Assembly: GCA_964420345.1 (NCBI GenBank) | Contig: CAYQTF010000001.1 | Coordinates: forward strand, 1 to 48,474 | Length of the DNA stretch: 48,474 bases | Source of the DNA: an uncultured Flavobacteriaceae bacterium | GTDB lineage: Bacteria; Bacteroidota; Bacteroidia; Flavobacteriales; Flavobacteriaceae | Direction: 5' to 3' | Part shown: one piece after another, positions 25,946 to 34,959 of the stretch | Position numbering within the stretch: the first letter of the stretch is position 1 | How the letters are laid out: the number at the start of each line of letters is the position of its first letter | Position numbers and translations under genes: made by a program | The notes under the pieces: generated by a model | Seen by the model: the letters and a program-made list of their open reading frames with translations, nothing else | Told to the model about the DNA's origin: nothing | Databases searched by the model: none

Positions 25946-26911
25946 ATGGCAAAAATAACTGCTGCAGACGTAAAAAAATTAAGAGAAGCAACTGGTGCTG
26001 GAATGATGGATTGTAAAAATGCATTAGTTGAAGCAAATGGTAATTTCGAAGAAGCAATAACAGTATTACGTAAAAAAGGACAAAAAGTAGCTGCAAAAAG
26101 AGCAGATAGAGATTCTGCTGAAGGTGTTGCAATAGCAAAATTAAATGATGATAACACTGTTGGTGTTGCTATTGTTGTTGCTTGTGAAACTGATTTTGTT
26201 GGTAAAAACGATTCGTTTAAAGAATTAGCAAGTCAATTTGTAGATATTGCAATGAATCATAAAGATAGAGAATCTTTTTTAACTGCTGATTTTGGCGGAA
26301 TGACTGTTGCTGAAAAATTAATAGAACAAACTGGTGTTATTGGTGAGAAAATTGAAATACCTGCTTTTGAAAGAGTAGAAGCAAGTTATGTTGGTTCTTA
26401 TATTCACGGTAATAAAATTGCTGCTATTGTTGGTTTAAATAATGCTGTGGATAAAGCAGATGTGTTAACTAAAGATTTAGCAATGCAAGCAGCTTCAATG
26501 GGAGCAACTACATTGTCTTACAAAGATTTTGATGCAGATTTTGTTGCCTCTGAAACGGAAGCAAGAATTGCAGTTATCGAAAAAGATAACGAAGAAAGAG
26601 CACGTTTAGGTAAACACTTAATAAATGTACCTCAATATATTTCTATGGCACAATTGTCTGATGCTGTTTTAGCACAAGCTGAAGAAGATGCAAAAAAGCA
26701 ATTAGCAGAAGAAGGTAAACCAGAAAAAATCTGGGGTAATATCTTACCTGGTAAAATACAACGTTTTATTTCTGATAATACAACTTTAGATCAAGAGCAA
26801 TGTTTGTTAGATCAAAATTTCATTAAAGATGAAAAGAAAAGTGTTGCAGATTACATTAAAACTTATGGTGACGTAGCAGTAGCAAATTTCAAAACGGTTA
26901 GATTAGGATAA
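25946..26911 (+). CDS. tsf: Elongation factor Ts
   Basis: ITAADVKKLREATGAGMMDCKNAL N-terminal UBA-like motif. Confidence 0.95.
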   Translation: MAKITAADVKKLREATGAGMMDCKNALVEANGNFEEAITVLRKKGQKVAAKRADRDSAEGVAIAKLNDDNTVGVAIVVACETDFVGKNDSFKELASQFVDIAMNHKDRESFLTADFGGMTVAEKLIEQTGVIGEKIEIPAFERVEASYVGSYIHGNKIAAIVGLNNAVDKADVLTKDLAMQAASMGATTLSYKDFDADFVASETEARIAVIEKDNEERARLGKHLINVPQYISMAQLSDAVLAQAEEDAKKQLAEEGKPEKIWGNILPGKIQRFISDNTTLDQEQCLLDQNFIKDEKKSVADYIKTYGDVAVANFKTVRLG

Positions 26912-26935
26912 TCTTTTTCATCGTATAAATATTTC

Positions 26936-26969
26936 AAACCTCATTAATTAATTTTAATGAGGTTTTTTT
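26936..26969 (+). terminator. tsf terminator
   Basis: AACCTCATTAA/TTAATGAGGTT stem (26937-26947 and 26954-26964) followed by a T-run. Confidence 0.75.
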
Positions 26970-27144
26970 AGGGTTGTGGTTTACTTGTTTTTGGTTTTTG
27001 AAGTAATAGATTTCAATTCTTAAATCTCCAATCAACAATCTCCAATCGTTAATCTTTTTAGGGTTGTGGTTTACTTGTTTTTGGTTTTTGAAGTAATAGA
27101 TTTCAATTCTTAAATCTCCAATCAACAATCTCCAATCGTTAATC
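26965..27144. repeat. Perfect 2 x 90-bp tandem duplication
   Basis: 26965-27054 is identical to 27055-27144. Each unit ends with 7-nt-periodic cAATCnn words. Confidence 0.9.
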
Positions 27145-27217
27145 TTTTTTTACATTTGTAATGTTTTGAAAAAATCATTTTATAATTCTCTCAATTTTTA
27201 TATGTGATCTAAGCAAA

Positions 27218-27364
27218 CTCTCTTTTCCAACGGATAATTCAGTCAAAAAACCAGTCTATTTGGCATTAAATGAAATTACAAAAAAATGGACTTTATCAAT
27301 TAAAAATTGGGGTTTGATTTTAAACCAATTTATTACTATATTTTATCAAAGGGTTCGACTATAA
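27218..27364 (+). pseudogene. 3' remnant of an IS256-family (Mutator-type) transposase gene
   Basis: The frame reads LSFPTDNSVKKPVYLALNEITKKWTLSIKNWGLILNQFITIFYQRVRL-stop. The FPxDxS ... KKWT(M/L)xIxNW pattern is the conserved C-terminus of IS256-family transposases. The frame closes at a stop (27167-27169) about 50 nt upstream of the similarity, and that stretch holds no transposase-like sequence. A possible IS end lies near 27385-27412. Confidence 0.7.
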
Positions 27365-27498
27365 AATTAACTTACCACAAGAAAAAGTTTACACACTTTT
27401 TAGGATAGTGTCCATTAAACCTAAAAAAATATCACGTCACAACTTAAAATAACAGTTTGAATTAATTGATGCGATGACTATAAATAATCATATCAATA

Positions 27499-29154
27499 TC
27501 AATTTTCCAACAATTGCTTAGCATGATTTATAGCAGAATCTGTTAATTTTTTTCCGCCTAGCATTTCGGCAATTTCATTAATGCGTTCTTGCGTATTTAA
27601 TTGTTTGATATTTGTTTCTATTACATTATCTATTTCTTGTTTAAAAACTTTGTAATGTGTTTCGCCTTTTGATGCAATTTGAGGTAAATGCGTAATGGTA
27701 ATAATTTGCATATTCTTGCTCATACTTTGCATTACTTTGGCAATTTTTGTAGAAACCTCACCAGAAACACCAGTATCTATTTCATCAAAAATAATGGTTG
27801 GTAATTTGCTGTGTTTTGATAAAACGGTTTTAATTGCTAACATAATTCTAGACATTTCTCCGCCAGAAGGTCCTTTTTTTATGGGTATAAAATCCGTTCC
27901 TTTATTTACAGAAATTAAAAAATTAATTTCATCCTTGCCGTTAGTAAAATAAGTTTTTTGTTGCTTTAAATCAATTTTAAAAGTAACGTGAGGCATTTCT
28001 AAATTGCTTAAAATAGTTTCTAAACTTTTTATTAAATTCGGTATTTTTTCTTTACGCTTTGTATGAATTGTAATTGCTAATTTGTCTAATTCTTTTTCTA
28101 TTGTGGCAACTTCAGTTTGTTTTTTAATTAATATCTCATCTGCTTGATCTGCTTGTTGTACTTTTTCGTCTAAATCATTTTTTACAACTAATAAATCTGC
28201 AATAGATTCAACTTTGTGCTTTTTAAATAAATCATATAACAATTGCAAACGATCGTTTGCTTTTTCTATTAATAACGGATTGTATTCAACTTGCTCATTT
28301 TCATTTTCAATCTCTTTAGAAATGTCTTCTAATTCAATTTTAAGACTTTGTATGCGATTATTTAGTTGTTTGTAATTTTTGCTGTAACTAGAAATAGATT
28401 GTATGTTATTTGCAATTAAGTTTAATGCGTTTAATAAACCTTGTTCTTCATTTTGTAAGGTAGAAAAAACCGAATTTAATTGTGATTTAATTTCTTCGGC
28501 GTGATTAAGTTTTTCTAATTCTTGTTCTAAAGATTCTTGCTCATCTGCTTTAAAATTGGTTTGTTCTAATTCTTCAAAAAGGTGTAGATTATATTCGTAT
28601 TGTTCTTTTTGTTTTTTAAGATTGTTTTTAATTTCGATTAATTCTTTTTCCGATTTTTTATAAAGAATTAAGCCTCTTTTGTAGGAGTCTAAATATTTTC
28701 CGCTTTTAGCTAAAGCATCTAACAACTGAAACTGAAAAGAAGTATTTGCCAACAATAAAGTTTGATGTTGCGAATGAATATCAACTAATTTACTGCTTAA
28801 TTCCTGAAGAATATTTAACGTAACAGGCGTGTCGTTTAAAAAAGCACGTGACTTGCCTGACGGAAGAATTTCACGTCTAATAATAGTTATTGCTTCGTAA
28901 TCTAAATCGTTTTTCTTAAAAAATGTTTTTAATGGATAATTTTGAATATCAAAAGACACTTCAATAATACATTTTTGATCTTTATTTTTAAGACTAGAAA
29001 GGTCTGCACGTTTTCCTAAAACCAGACCTAATGCGCCAAGTAAAATGGATTTACCTGCACCAGTTTCGCCAGTTATAGTAGATAAACCAGTTGTAAAATC
29101 TACTTGTAAATTTTCAATTAAAGCGTAGTTTTTTACCGTTAAACTTTGTAGCAT
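27499..29154 (-). CDS. recN: DNA repair protein RecN
   Basis: N-terminal Walker A GETGAGKSIL, long coiled coil, C-terminal SGGEMSRIMLA and FDEIDTGVSG. Confidence 0.95.
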   Translation of the reverse strand: MLQSLTVKNYALIENLQVDFTTGLSTITGETGAGKSILLGALGLVLGKRADLSSLKNKDQKCIIEVSFDIQNYPLKTFFKKNDLDYEAITIIRREILPSGKSRAFLNDTPVTLNILQELSSKLVDIHSQHQTLLLANTSFQFQLLDALAKSGKYLDSYKRGLILYKKSEKELIEIKNNLKKQKEQYEYNLHLFEELEQTNFKADEQESLEQELEKLNHAEEIKSQLNSVFSTLQNEEQGLLNALNLIANNIQSISSYSKNYKQLNNRIQSLKIELEDISKEIENENEQVEYNPLLIEKANDRLQLLYDLFKKHKVESIADLLVVKNDLDEKVQQADQADEILIKKQTEVATIEKELDKLAITIHTKRKEKIPNLIKSLETILSNLEMPHVTFKIDLKQQKTYFTNGKDEINFLISVNKGTDFIPIKKGPSGGEMSRIMLAIKTVLSKHSKLPTIIFDEIDTGVSGEVSTKIAKVMQSMSKNMQIITITHLPQIASKGETHYKVFKQEIDNVIETNIKQLNTQERINEIAEMLGGKKLTDSAINHAKQLLEN

Positions 29155-29243
29155 TTTATTTTAGCATTTAAGTTGCTAAAGTACAAATTTGTAACTAAAA
29201 ATGAAGGTTCTGTTATTGTAAATTATAGGTTTTTCATTAAAAA

Positions 29244-29469
29244 TCAGTATTGTCCGATAAAGACATTAGACCGCTTCGCTATTAGATATTAGACAAAAGA
29301 CCAAATCGTAACTATTTGATAATCTTTTGTTTAAAAAACAAAGTGAGTTTGGCAATAATTCTTTAATTAATTTTTTAAAAAGGAAGGTGTCGTTTTACAA
29401 ATACCTCCTTACCTCTTTGTTTTATTGGGTTTTTAGTCTTTGTCTATAATTTTTATCGGACAACAGTAA
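29244..29469. mobile_element. MITE-like element, copy 2 (226 bp)
   Basis: Same element as 1248-1471 in the same orientation. The left TIR has 3 mismatches and the right TIR is intact. Flanked by a perfect 7-bp duplication TTAAAAA (29237-29243 and 29470-29476). Confidence 0.8.
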
Positions 29470-29475
29470 TTAAAA

Positions 29476-29509
29476 ATGGTAAAGACGTTTTGCAAAACGT
29501 CTTTACCAT
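29476..29509 (-). terminator. Palindromic terminator after the DUF4835-like gene
   Basis: ATGGTAAAGACGTTTTGCAAAACGTCTTTACCAT is a perfect palindrome with T-runs on both strands. The 26-bp core is identical to 46150-46175. Confidence 0.7.
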
Positions 29510-29513
29510 TTTG

Positions 29514-30404
29514 TTACTGAATTTTTTCCCAACTATTATTTCTTGCACCATAAACTCGAGCAAGCATTTCTTTTAAACCTCTAGTATCTGTTTTTGGGCC
29601 ATCTTTAAAAATAGAAACAATTTCTTCTTCTTTTGTGTCTAAAAACACCCGTAATAAGTAGGAACGTGGTCTTTTTGAGTAAATTCGTTGCAAATTGGTT
29701 ATTGCTTCTGCAATATTGTTTTTTGCTTTTGTTTTATCATCTAACATTATATCTAAACCAGAAATGTGATAGCGATACATAGCAAAACGAAAATCTTTAT
29801 ATATTTCATTTAAATTCTCATTAATAAAATGAAATCGAGTATTAGGACCATCAATTTTTTTCCAGCCTACAAAACCACTTTGTTGTGCAACTAAAATAAT
29901 TACTTCTGCTTTTTTATAATATTCTTCGCCACCTTTATATTCAAAAGTATCGGCATCAATACCTAGAATAACATTTGCATAATAATGTAATAATGAAGTT
30001 AAATTCGCTTGAAAAACATTATCATTATAAATTAATGGTTGGTATTCTTCGTATCTAAATGACAAATCATTATCACTTAGGTTTAAGATAGGTGACAAGT
30101 AGGTAGAATTAAAAACAGGTCTTAAAACTTGTATTTGTAAAGAACCTTTAAAATGATCGGTATCAGGTTGTTCGGTTATATTAAATGTCATAGCACATTT
30201 AATTTTTTCTTGTTTTTTAAAACGTTTGTCTGTCCATTTAGTTTTGTTCATATAATCAAATATCGCTTTTTCTAAGGTTTGAAAAATTTGATTATTTGAT
30301 GTTCTAATCTGATCGTGATTAATAGTTATGGTACAATCTAACTCTTGTGCTTTTAAATTATTAAAAGAAAAAACCAATACTAAAAGGAAAATAATTTTAC
30401 GCAT
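29514..30404 (-). CDS. DUF4835-like secreted protein (annotated as T9SS PorD in some genomes, from memory)
   Basis: Signal peptide. Conserved synteny bamD-rpoZ-coaBC-this gene-recN as I recall it for Flavobacteriia. Confidence 0.55.
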   Translation of the reverse strand: MRKIIFLLVLVFSFNNLKAQELDCTITINHDQIRTSNNQIFQTLEKAIFDYMNKTKWTDKRFKKQEKIKCAMTFNITEQPDTDHFKGSLQIQVLRPVFNSTYLSPILNLSDNDLSFRYEEYQPLIYNDNVFQANLTSLLHYYANVILGIDADTFEYKGGEEYYKKAEVIILVAQQSGFVGWKKIDGPNTRFHFINENLNEIYKDFRFAMYRYHISGLDIMLDDKTKAKNNIAEAITNLQRIYSKRPRSYLLRVFLDTKEEEIVSIFKDGPKTDTRGLKEMLARVYGARNNSWEKIQ

Positions 30405-30467
30405 TTTTATCTTATATTATAGTGTGCAATATACAAAAAACGAATTTAATTTATGCTTAGTATGTTT

Positions 30468-31679
30468 TTATTCGTTTAATCTTTGCAAGATTTCAACAAA
30501 AATATCTTTCGCTACTTCGGTTTTAGATTTTAGTGCAAATTCTGTAGTTTTCTCTTGCTTATCAATAATGGTGATTTTGTTTGTGCTTGTAGCAAAACCT
30601 GCGCCTTTATCTTGTAACGAATTTAATACAATAAGGTCTAAGTTTTTACGATGTAATTTACCAATAGCATTCTGTAGTTCGTTATCGGTTTCTAAAGCAA
30701 AACCAACTAAAAATTGTTGTTTTTTTAGTTTTCCCATAGACGCTAAAATATCTTTAGTTGGCACTAAGTCAATTTGTAATTTTGCATCTTTTTTCTTAAT
30801 TTTTTTGTTTTGAACACTTGCAGGTGTATAATCTGCTACCGCAGCTGCTGCAATTACAATATTAGCGTTCGTGTAATTTTCATGCACAATGTCATACATT
30901 TCGCTTGCGGTTTTCACATCTATCCTTTTTATAAACGAATGTGTAGTTTTTTCGTTTGAAGGTCCAGAAACTAAAATTACTTTAGCACCTAAATTAGCCG
31001 CTTGATGTGCTAATTTATAACCCATTTTACCAGTTGATCTGTTGCCGATATATCTTACAGGATCTATTGCTTCGTGTGTTGGTCCCGCAGTTATTAATAC
31101 AATTTTGTTTCGCAAAGGCAAAGTTGCTAAAATATCTTTTTCAATAAATTGAATAATGTCTTCTGGTTCTGCCATTCTTCCTTCACCAACTAAACCGCTT
31201 GCTAATTCGCCACTAGTTGCAGGAATTAAAATATTATCGAAACTTTGTAATTTTTCAATGCTATTTTTTGTGCTCTGGTGTTTGTGCATGTCCAAATCCA
31301 TTGCTGGAGCAAAATAAACTTTGCATTTAGCGGATAAGTAACAAGCTAATAAAAAATTATCGCTTGTACCATTAGACATTTTAGAAAGTGTATTGGCAGT
31401 TGCAGGTGCAATAAGCATTAAATCTGCCCAAAGACCTAAATCAACATGATTGTTCCATAATTCATTCTCATTTTCTGTATCAAAAAATGCGGAATAAACT
31501 GGGTTTTTAGATAGTGTAGAAAGAGTTAGTGGTGTTACAAAATCTTTGGCAGCAGTAGTCATTATAACTTTAACTTCTGCACCAGATTTAATAAATAACC
31601 GTACTAAACTTGCTGTTTTAAATGCAGCAATACCGCCACTTACTCCTAAGAGTATTTTTTTACCATTTAAAACAGACAT
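30468..31679 (-). CDS. coaBC: Bifunctional phosphopantothenoylcysteine decarboxylase / phosphopantothenate-cysteine ligase
   Basis: N-terminal flavoprotein GVSGGIAAFK. C-terminal ITAGPTHEAIDPVRYIGNRSTGKMG. Confidence 0.93.
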   Translation of the reverse strand: MSVLNGKKILLGVSGGIAAFKTASLVRLFIKSGAEVKVIMTTAAKDFVTPLTLSTLSKNPVYSAFFDTENENELWNNHVDLGLWADLMLIAPATANTLSKMSNGTSDNFLLACYLSAKCKVYFAPAMDLDMHKHQSTKNSIEKLQSFDNILIPATSGELASGLVGEGRMAEPEDIIQFIEKDILATLPLRNKIVLITAGPTHEAIDPVRYIGNRSTGKMGYKLAHQAANLGAKVILVSGPSNEKTTHSFIKRIDVKTASEMYDIVHENYTNANIVIAAAAVADYTPASVQNKKIKKKDAKLQIDLVPTKDILASMGKLKKQQFLVGFALETDNELQNAIGKLHRKNLDLIVLNSLQDKGAGFATSTNKITIIDKQEKTTEFALKSKTEVAKDIFVEILQRLNE

Positions 31680-31684
31680 TATAA

Positions 31685-32041
31685 TTAGTTTTTTTCTGTA
31701 GTCGTTATTGTTTCGTCCTCTATAACTTCAGGAGTTCTATAATAAATTTGGCCATTTAACCATTCTTCAACAGCCAATGCAGTTGGTTTTGGTAAACGTT
31801 CGTAAAATTTCGAAACTTCGATTTGTTCTTTGTTTTCAAAAATTTCTTCTAAGCTATCATTATGTGTAGCAAACTCGTCTAATTTTTCAACTAGTTCTTG
31901 TTTTAAATCTACATTAATTTGTGAAGCTCTTTTGGCAATAATCGAAATTGCTTCGTATATGTTTTGTGTTGGCGCTTCAATCTTGTCTTTGTCGTAAGTA
32001 ATTGTAGATTGCGCAGCATCGGTATTTTTATAATCTTGCAT
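31685..32041 (-). CDS. rpoZ: RNA polymerase omega subunit (Bacteroidota type)
   Basis: NIYEAISIIAKRASQIN motif. Position between bamD and coaBC. Confidence 0.6.
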   Translation of the reverse strand: MQDYKNTDAAQSTITYDKDKIEAPTQNIYEAISIIAKRASQINVDLKQELVEKLDEFATHNDSLEEIFENKEQIEVSKFYERLPKPTALAVEEWLNGQIYYRTPEVIEDETITTTEKN

Positions 32042-32046
32042 AATAA

Positions 32047-32853
32047 TTATTTGCTATTTGTTGGATTGAATTTCTCTAATTCACTATTAATTTTTACTAC
32101 CATATCTTCTGATTCAATTAAGAATTCAGATTCTGGATAGTATTTTAAAAGTCTTTTGTGATATTTTAACGCATCATTTAAACGTTGTTCTTTTTTGGAG
32201 TAAATACTTTTTATACTTAAATCATGACCTGATTTAAATATGTAAAACAATGCTTCCTCTTTATATTTTGTACCTAAATATTCAGATATAAAAACATCTA
32301 AGGCTGCTATTGCTGCATTATAAAATTCAGTTGTATAATATTGTTTTGCTATTTCGAAAGCCTTTTTTTCTAATTTCTCCGTTAGTTCTTGATACTGATT
32401 GTTTACTAAAGTAGTATTTTCAGATTCTGGGTAACGATCTAAAAATGCTTGTAAAGATGTTAATGCTTTATGACTATCCTTTTGATCTAAACTATATACA
32501 GGCGAAGCTTTATAGTAACTCTGAGAAACTAAAAATTTTGCTTCTTCTAATTTAGTACTATTAGGATAGTTATTTATAAAACGATTAAAGTAATAGGACG
32601 ATAATTCGTAACTTTTAGTTTTGTAATTTGCATTGGCAACCATAAACTGAATACGTTGTAATTGTGGTTTTCCTCTAAATGCAGGTGTAACTTTTTCGAA
32701 CAAGTTTAAAGCTTTAGAATATTTACCTTCTTTATAAAGACTTTCCGCCATTTTATATTGCTCAGGAATTGTACCTTTATTCAATACTTTTTGATATTCA
32801 CTACAACTAGCAAACGTTAGGATTAACAGTATTAAGAAAACTAAATTTTTCAT
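32047..32853 (-). CDS. bamD: Outer-membrane assembly lipoprotein BamD (TPR)
   Basis: Lipobox LTFASCS, TPR repeats, synteny. Confidence 0.7.
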   Translation of the reverse strand: MKNLVFLILLILTFASCSEYQKVLNKGTIPEQYKMAESLYKEGKYSKALNLFEKVTPAFRGKPQLQRIQFMVANANYKTKSYELSSYYFNRFINNYPNSTKLEEAKFLVSQSYYKASPVYSLDQKDSHKALTSLQAFLDRYPESENTTLVNNQYQELTEKLEKKAFEIAKQYYTTEFYNAAIAALDVFISEYLGTKYKEEALFYIFKSGHDLSIKSIYSKKEQRLNDALKYHKRLLKYYPESEFLIESEDMVVKINSELEKFNPTNSK

Positions 32854-33267
32854 CTTGCAAAAGTAATATTATTTAATGAATTATAAACTATAAAAAACAA
32901 AAGTAATTTTATACCGTAAATGGAATGTTTTTTTTGTGCTAAATGTTTGTTAATTTTGTTGGAATTATTGCTGAATTAATAATAGAATTAGTTCTTTTTT
33001 AAATAAAATTGACTTGGTAGATTCAACTAGCAAATGCAACTTTTTGGTTTCCAAATTTATAAAATATATTTTTAGGGTTTTCATTATTTTCACTAACTTC
33101 GCTTTTCGGTTATATATAAACGTTACCAACAAACCCAAAACGAAAAAAACCGTACTAACAACCAACCGCATATTTCACACATTTATTTTTTGCTAATGCT
33201 CAATTCCACTACAAAAAAATAAAAGAGTAAAATCCCACTAAAAACCCTTCTAATTCAAAAAAAATAT

Positions 33268-33306
33268 TTACTTTTGGACAATATTAGTCTAAAATAAATT
33301 TGTCCA
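33268..33306 (+). promoter_or_regulatory. Promoter (-7 box TACTTTTG) plus palindromic operator (C-box candidate) of the R-M controller gene
   Basis: TTGGACAA (33273-33280) and TTGTCCAA (33299-33306) are perfect inverted repeats separated by 18 nt. The right half-site abuts the ATG at 33307. The -7 box is at 33268-33275. Confidence 0.55.
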
Positions 33307-33615
33307 ATGAAATCATTAGGAAATATTTTAAAAGTTGCACGAGAAGAAAAGAAAATGATTTTGAGAAAAGTATCAGCGAAAGTTGATATTGATCAATCTT
33401 TGATTAGCAAATTTGAAAAAAACGAAAGAAAACCTACAAAAGAGCAACTAATTAGACTTGCGAAATTCTACAACCTTTCAGAACAAGAACTAATTATTAA
33501 TTGGTATTCTGAAAAAATTGCAGAAGATTTAAAATATACACAAGCAACTACAGAAATTTTAAGAGTTGCAGAAGAAAAAATTAATTATTACAAATCTCAA
33601 GAAAATGGAAAATAA
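33307..33615 (+). CDS. XRE-type HTH protein, probable R-M controller (C) protein
   Basis: HTH_3 motif (LKVAREEKKMILRKVSAKVDIDQSLISKFEKNERKPTKEQLIRLAKFYNL). Overlaps the methyltransferase start by 11 nt. Confidence 0.7.
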   Translation: MKSLGNILKVAREEKKMILRKVSAKVDIDQSLISKFEKNERKPTKEQLIRLAKFYNLSEQELIINWYSEKIAEDLKYTQATTEILRVAEEKINYYKSQENGK

Positions 33616-34957
33616 CACCCGAGCGGAGCGAACAGATAAACTCCTAAAAAAAAATATAAAACAGGTGAATAAAATAAAAGTAGCCGAACTATTTGCAGGT
33701 GTTGGAGGTTTTCGTCTTGGACTTGAAAAATACAATAATTATGATATTGTTTGGAGTAATCAATGGGAACCGTCAACAAAAATGCAACACGCATCAATGG
33801 TTTACGAAAAACAATTTGGAAAAGAAAACCACTCAAATGAAGACATAAATGAAGTTGTAACAAGAAATGTTGAGGAAATTCCAGATCACGATTTGTTGGT
33901 TGGAGGTTTTCCTTGTCAAGATTATTCTGTTGCGACAACATTACATAATTCAAAAGGTTTAAAAGGAAAAAAAGGTGTGCTTTGGTGGTCAATTCACAAA
34001 ATTTTAGAAGACAAAAAAAACAAACCAAAATATTTGTTTTTAGAGAATGTAGATAGACTTTTAAAATCGCCAGCGTCTCAAAGAGGTCGTGATTTTGCAG
34101 TTATGCTAAAAAGTTTAAATGATTTAGGTTATGCTGTTGAATGGCGAGTTGTAAATGCAGGAGAATACGGAATGCCACAAAGAAGAAGACGAACTTTTAT
34201 TATTGGTTATCATAAAACAACTGATGTATATAAAAGAATATCTAAATCAAAAAAAACAGATTGGCTTCAAAAGAAAGGAACAATTGCAAATGCTTTCCCT
34301 TTAGAAAAAATAAATAAACTTGAAGAATTTGAAATCAAAGGAAGTTTAGAAGAAATAACAACTGAATTTAATAAAGAAGGTAAACTTTCACCATTTCAAA
34401 ACACAGGATTACTTTATAAAGGCAAAGTTTATACAACTAAAACAAGTCCAAATTATAACGGAAAAAGAACAGTTTTAAGTGATGTTCTTCAAAACGGAGA
34501 AGTAACAGATGAGTTCTTTATTAAAAACAATAAATTAAAAAGTCCTAAATCTATTTTAGAAAAAGACGGAAGAGAAAAAATAATAACTACTGAAAAAGAA
34601 ATGTGGGAATATTTAAAAGGATCTAAATCTATTCTTAGAATTTCTAAAGAGGGTTTTAAATACAATTACTCTGAAGGCGGAATGATTTATCCTGACGCTT
34701 TAGATAACGCTTCAAGAACTATAATTACAGGAGAAGGCGGAAAATCACCTTCAAGATTTAAACACGTAATTGTTTCAGATAGAGGTTTAAGAAGATTAAC
34801 ACCAGTTGAATTGGAACGACTAAATATGTTTCCAGACGACCACACAAAAATGGAAGGAATTACAGATACAAAAAGAGCGTTTTTTATGGGGAATGCACTT
34901 GTAGTTGGAGTAATTGAAAAAATTGGAGAGGCACTTTATAATCAAATAAATGAGTAA
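33605..34957 (+). CDS. DNA (cytosine-5)-methyltransferase
   Basis: Motif I ELFAGVGGFRLG, IV GGFPCQDYS, VI FLENV, VIII QRRRRTFIIG, X GNALVVGV. The likely start is Met14 of the track ORF 33566-34957. Confidence 0.92.
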   Translation: MENNTRAERTDKLLKKNIKQVNKIKVAELFAGVGGFRLGLEKYNNYDIVWSNQWEPSTKMQHASMVYEKQFGKENHSNEDINEVVTRNVEEIPDHDLLVGGFPCQDYSVATTLHNSKGLKGKKGVLWWSIHKILEDKKNKPKYLFLENVDRLLKSPASQRGRDFAVMLKSLNDLGYAVEWRVVNAGEYGMPQRRRRTFIIGYHKTTDVYKRISKSKKTDWLQKKGTIANAFPLEKINKLEEFEIKGSLEEITTEFNKEGKLSPFQNTGLLYKGKVYTTKTSPNYNGKRTVLSDVLQNGEVTDEFFIKNNKLKSPKSILEKDGREKIITTEKEMWEYLKGSKSILRISKEGFKYNYSEGGMIYPDALDNASRTIITGEGGKSPSRFKHVIVSDRGLRRLTPVELERLNMFPDDHTKMEGITDTKRAFFMGNALVVGVIEKIGEALYNQINE

Positions 34958-34959
34958 TT

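Noticed and set aside
26934-27128. 64-aa minus-strand ORF with an internally repeated peptide
   Set aside because: It is simply the perfect 90-bp tandem duplication read through in one frame. It has no start context and lies in terminator-proximal non-coding DNA.
26965-27144. Possible CRISPR array (also considered for 41807-41956, 13402-13470 and 15057-15106)
   Set aside because: There are only 2-3 units or 7-nt units. There are no unique spacers of 25-40 bp between constant repeats, no leader and no cas genes in the window.
33014-33196. 60-aa TTG-start plus-strand ORF in the bamD/R-M gap
   Set aside because: It has an implausible low-complexity sequence and overlaps the equally doubtful minus-strand small ORF. 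There are no supporting signals.
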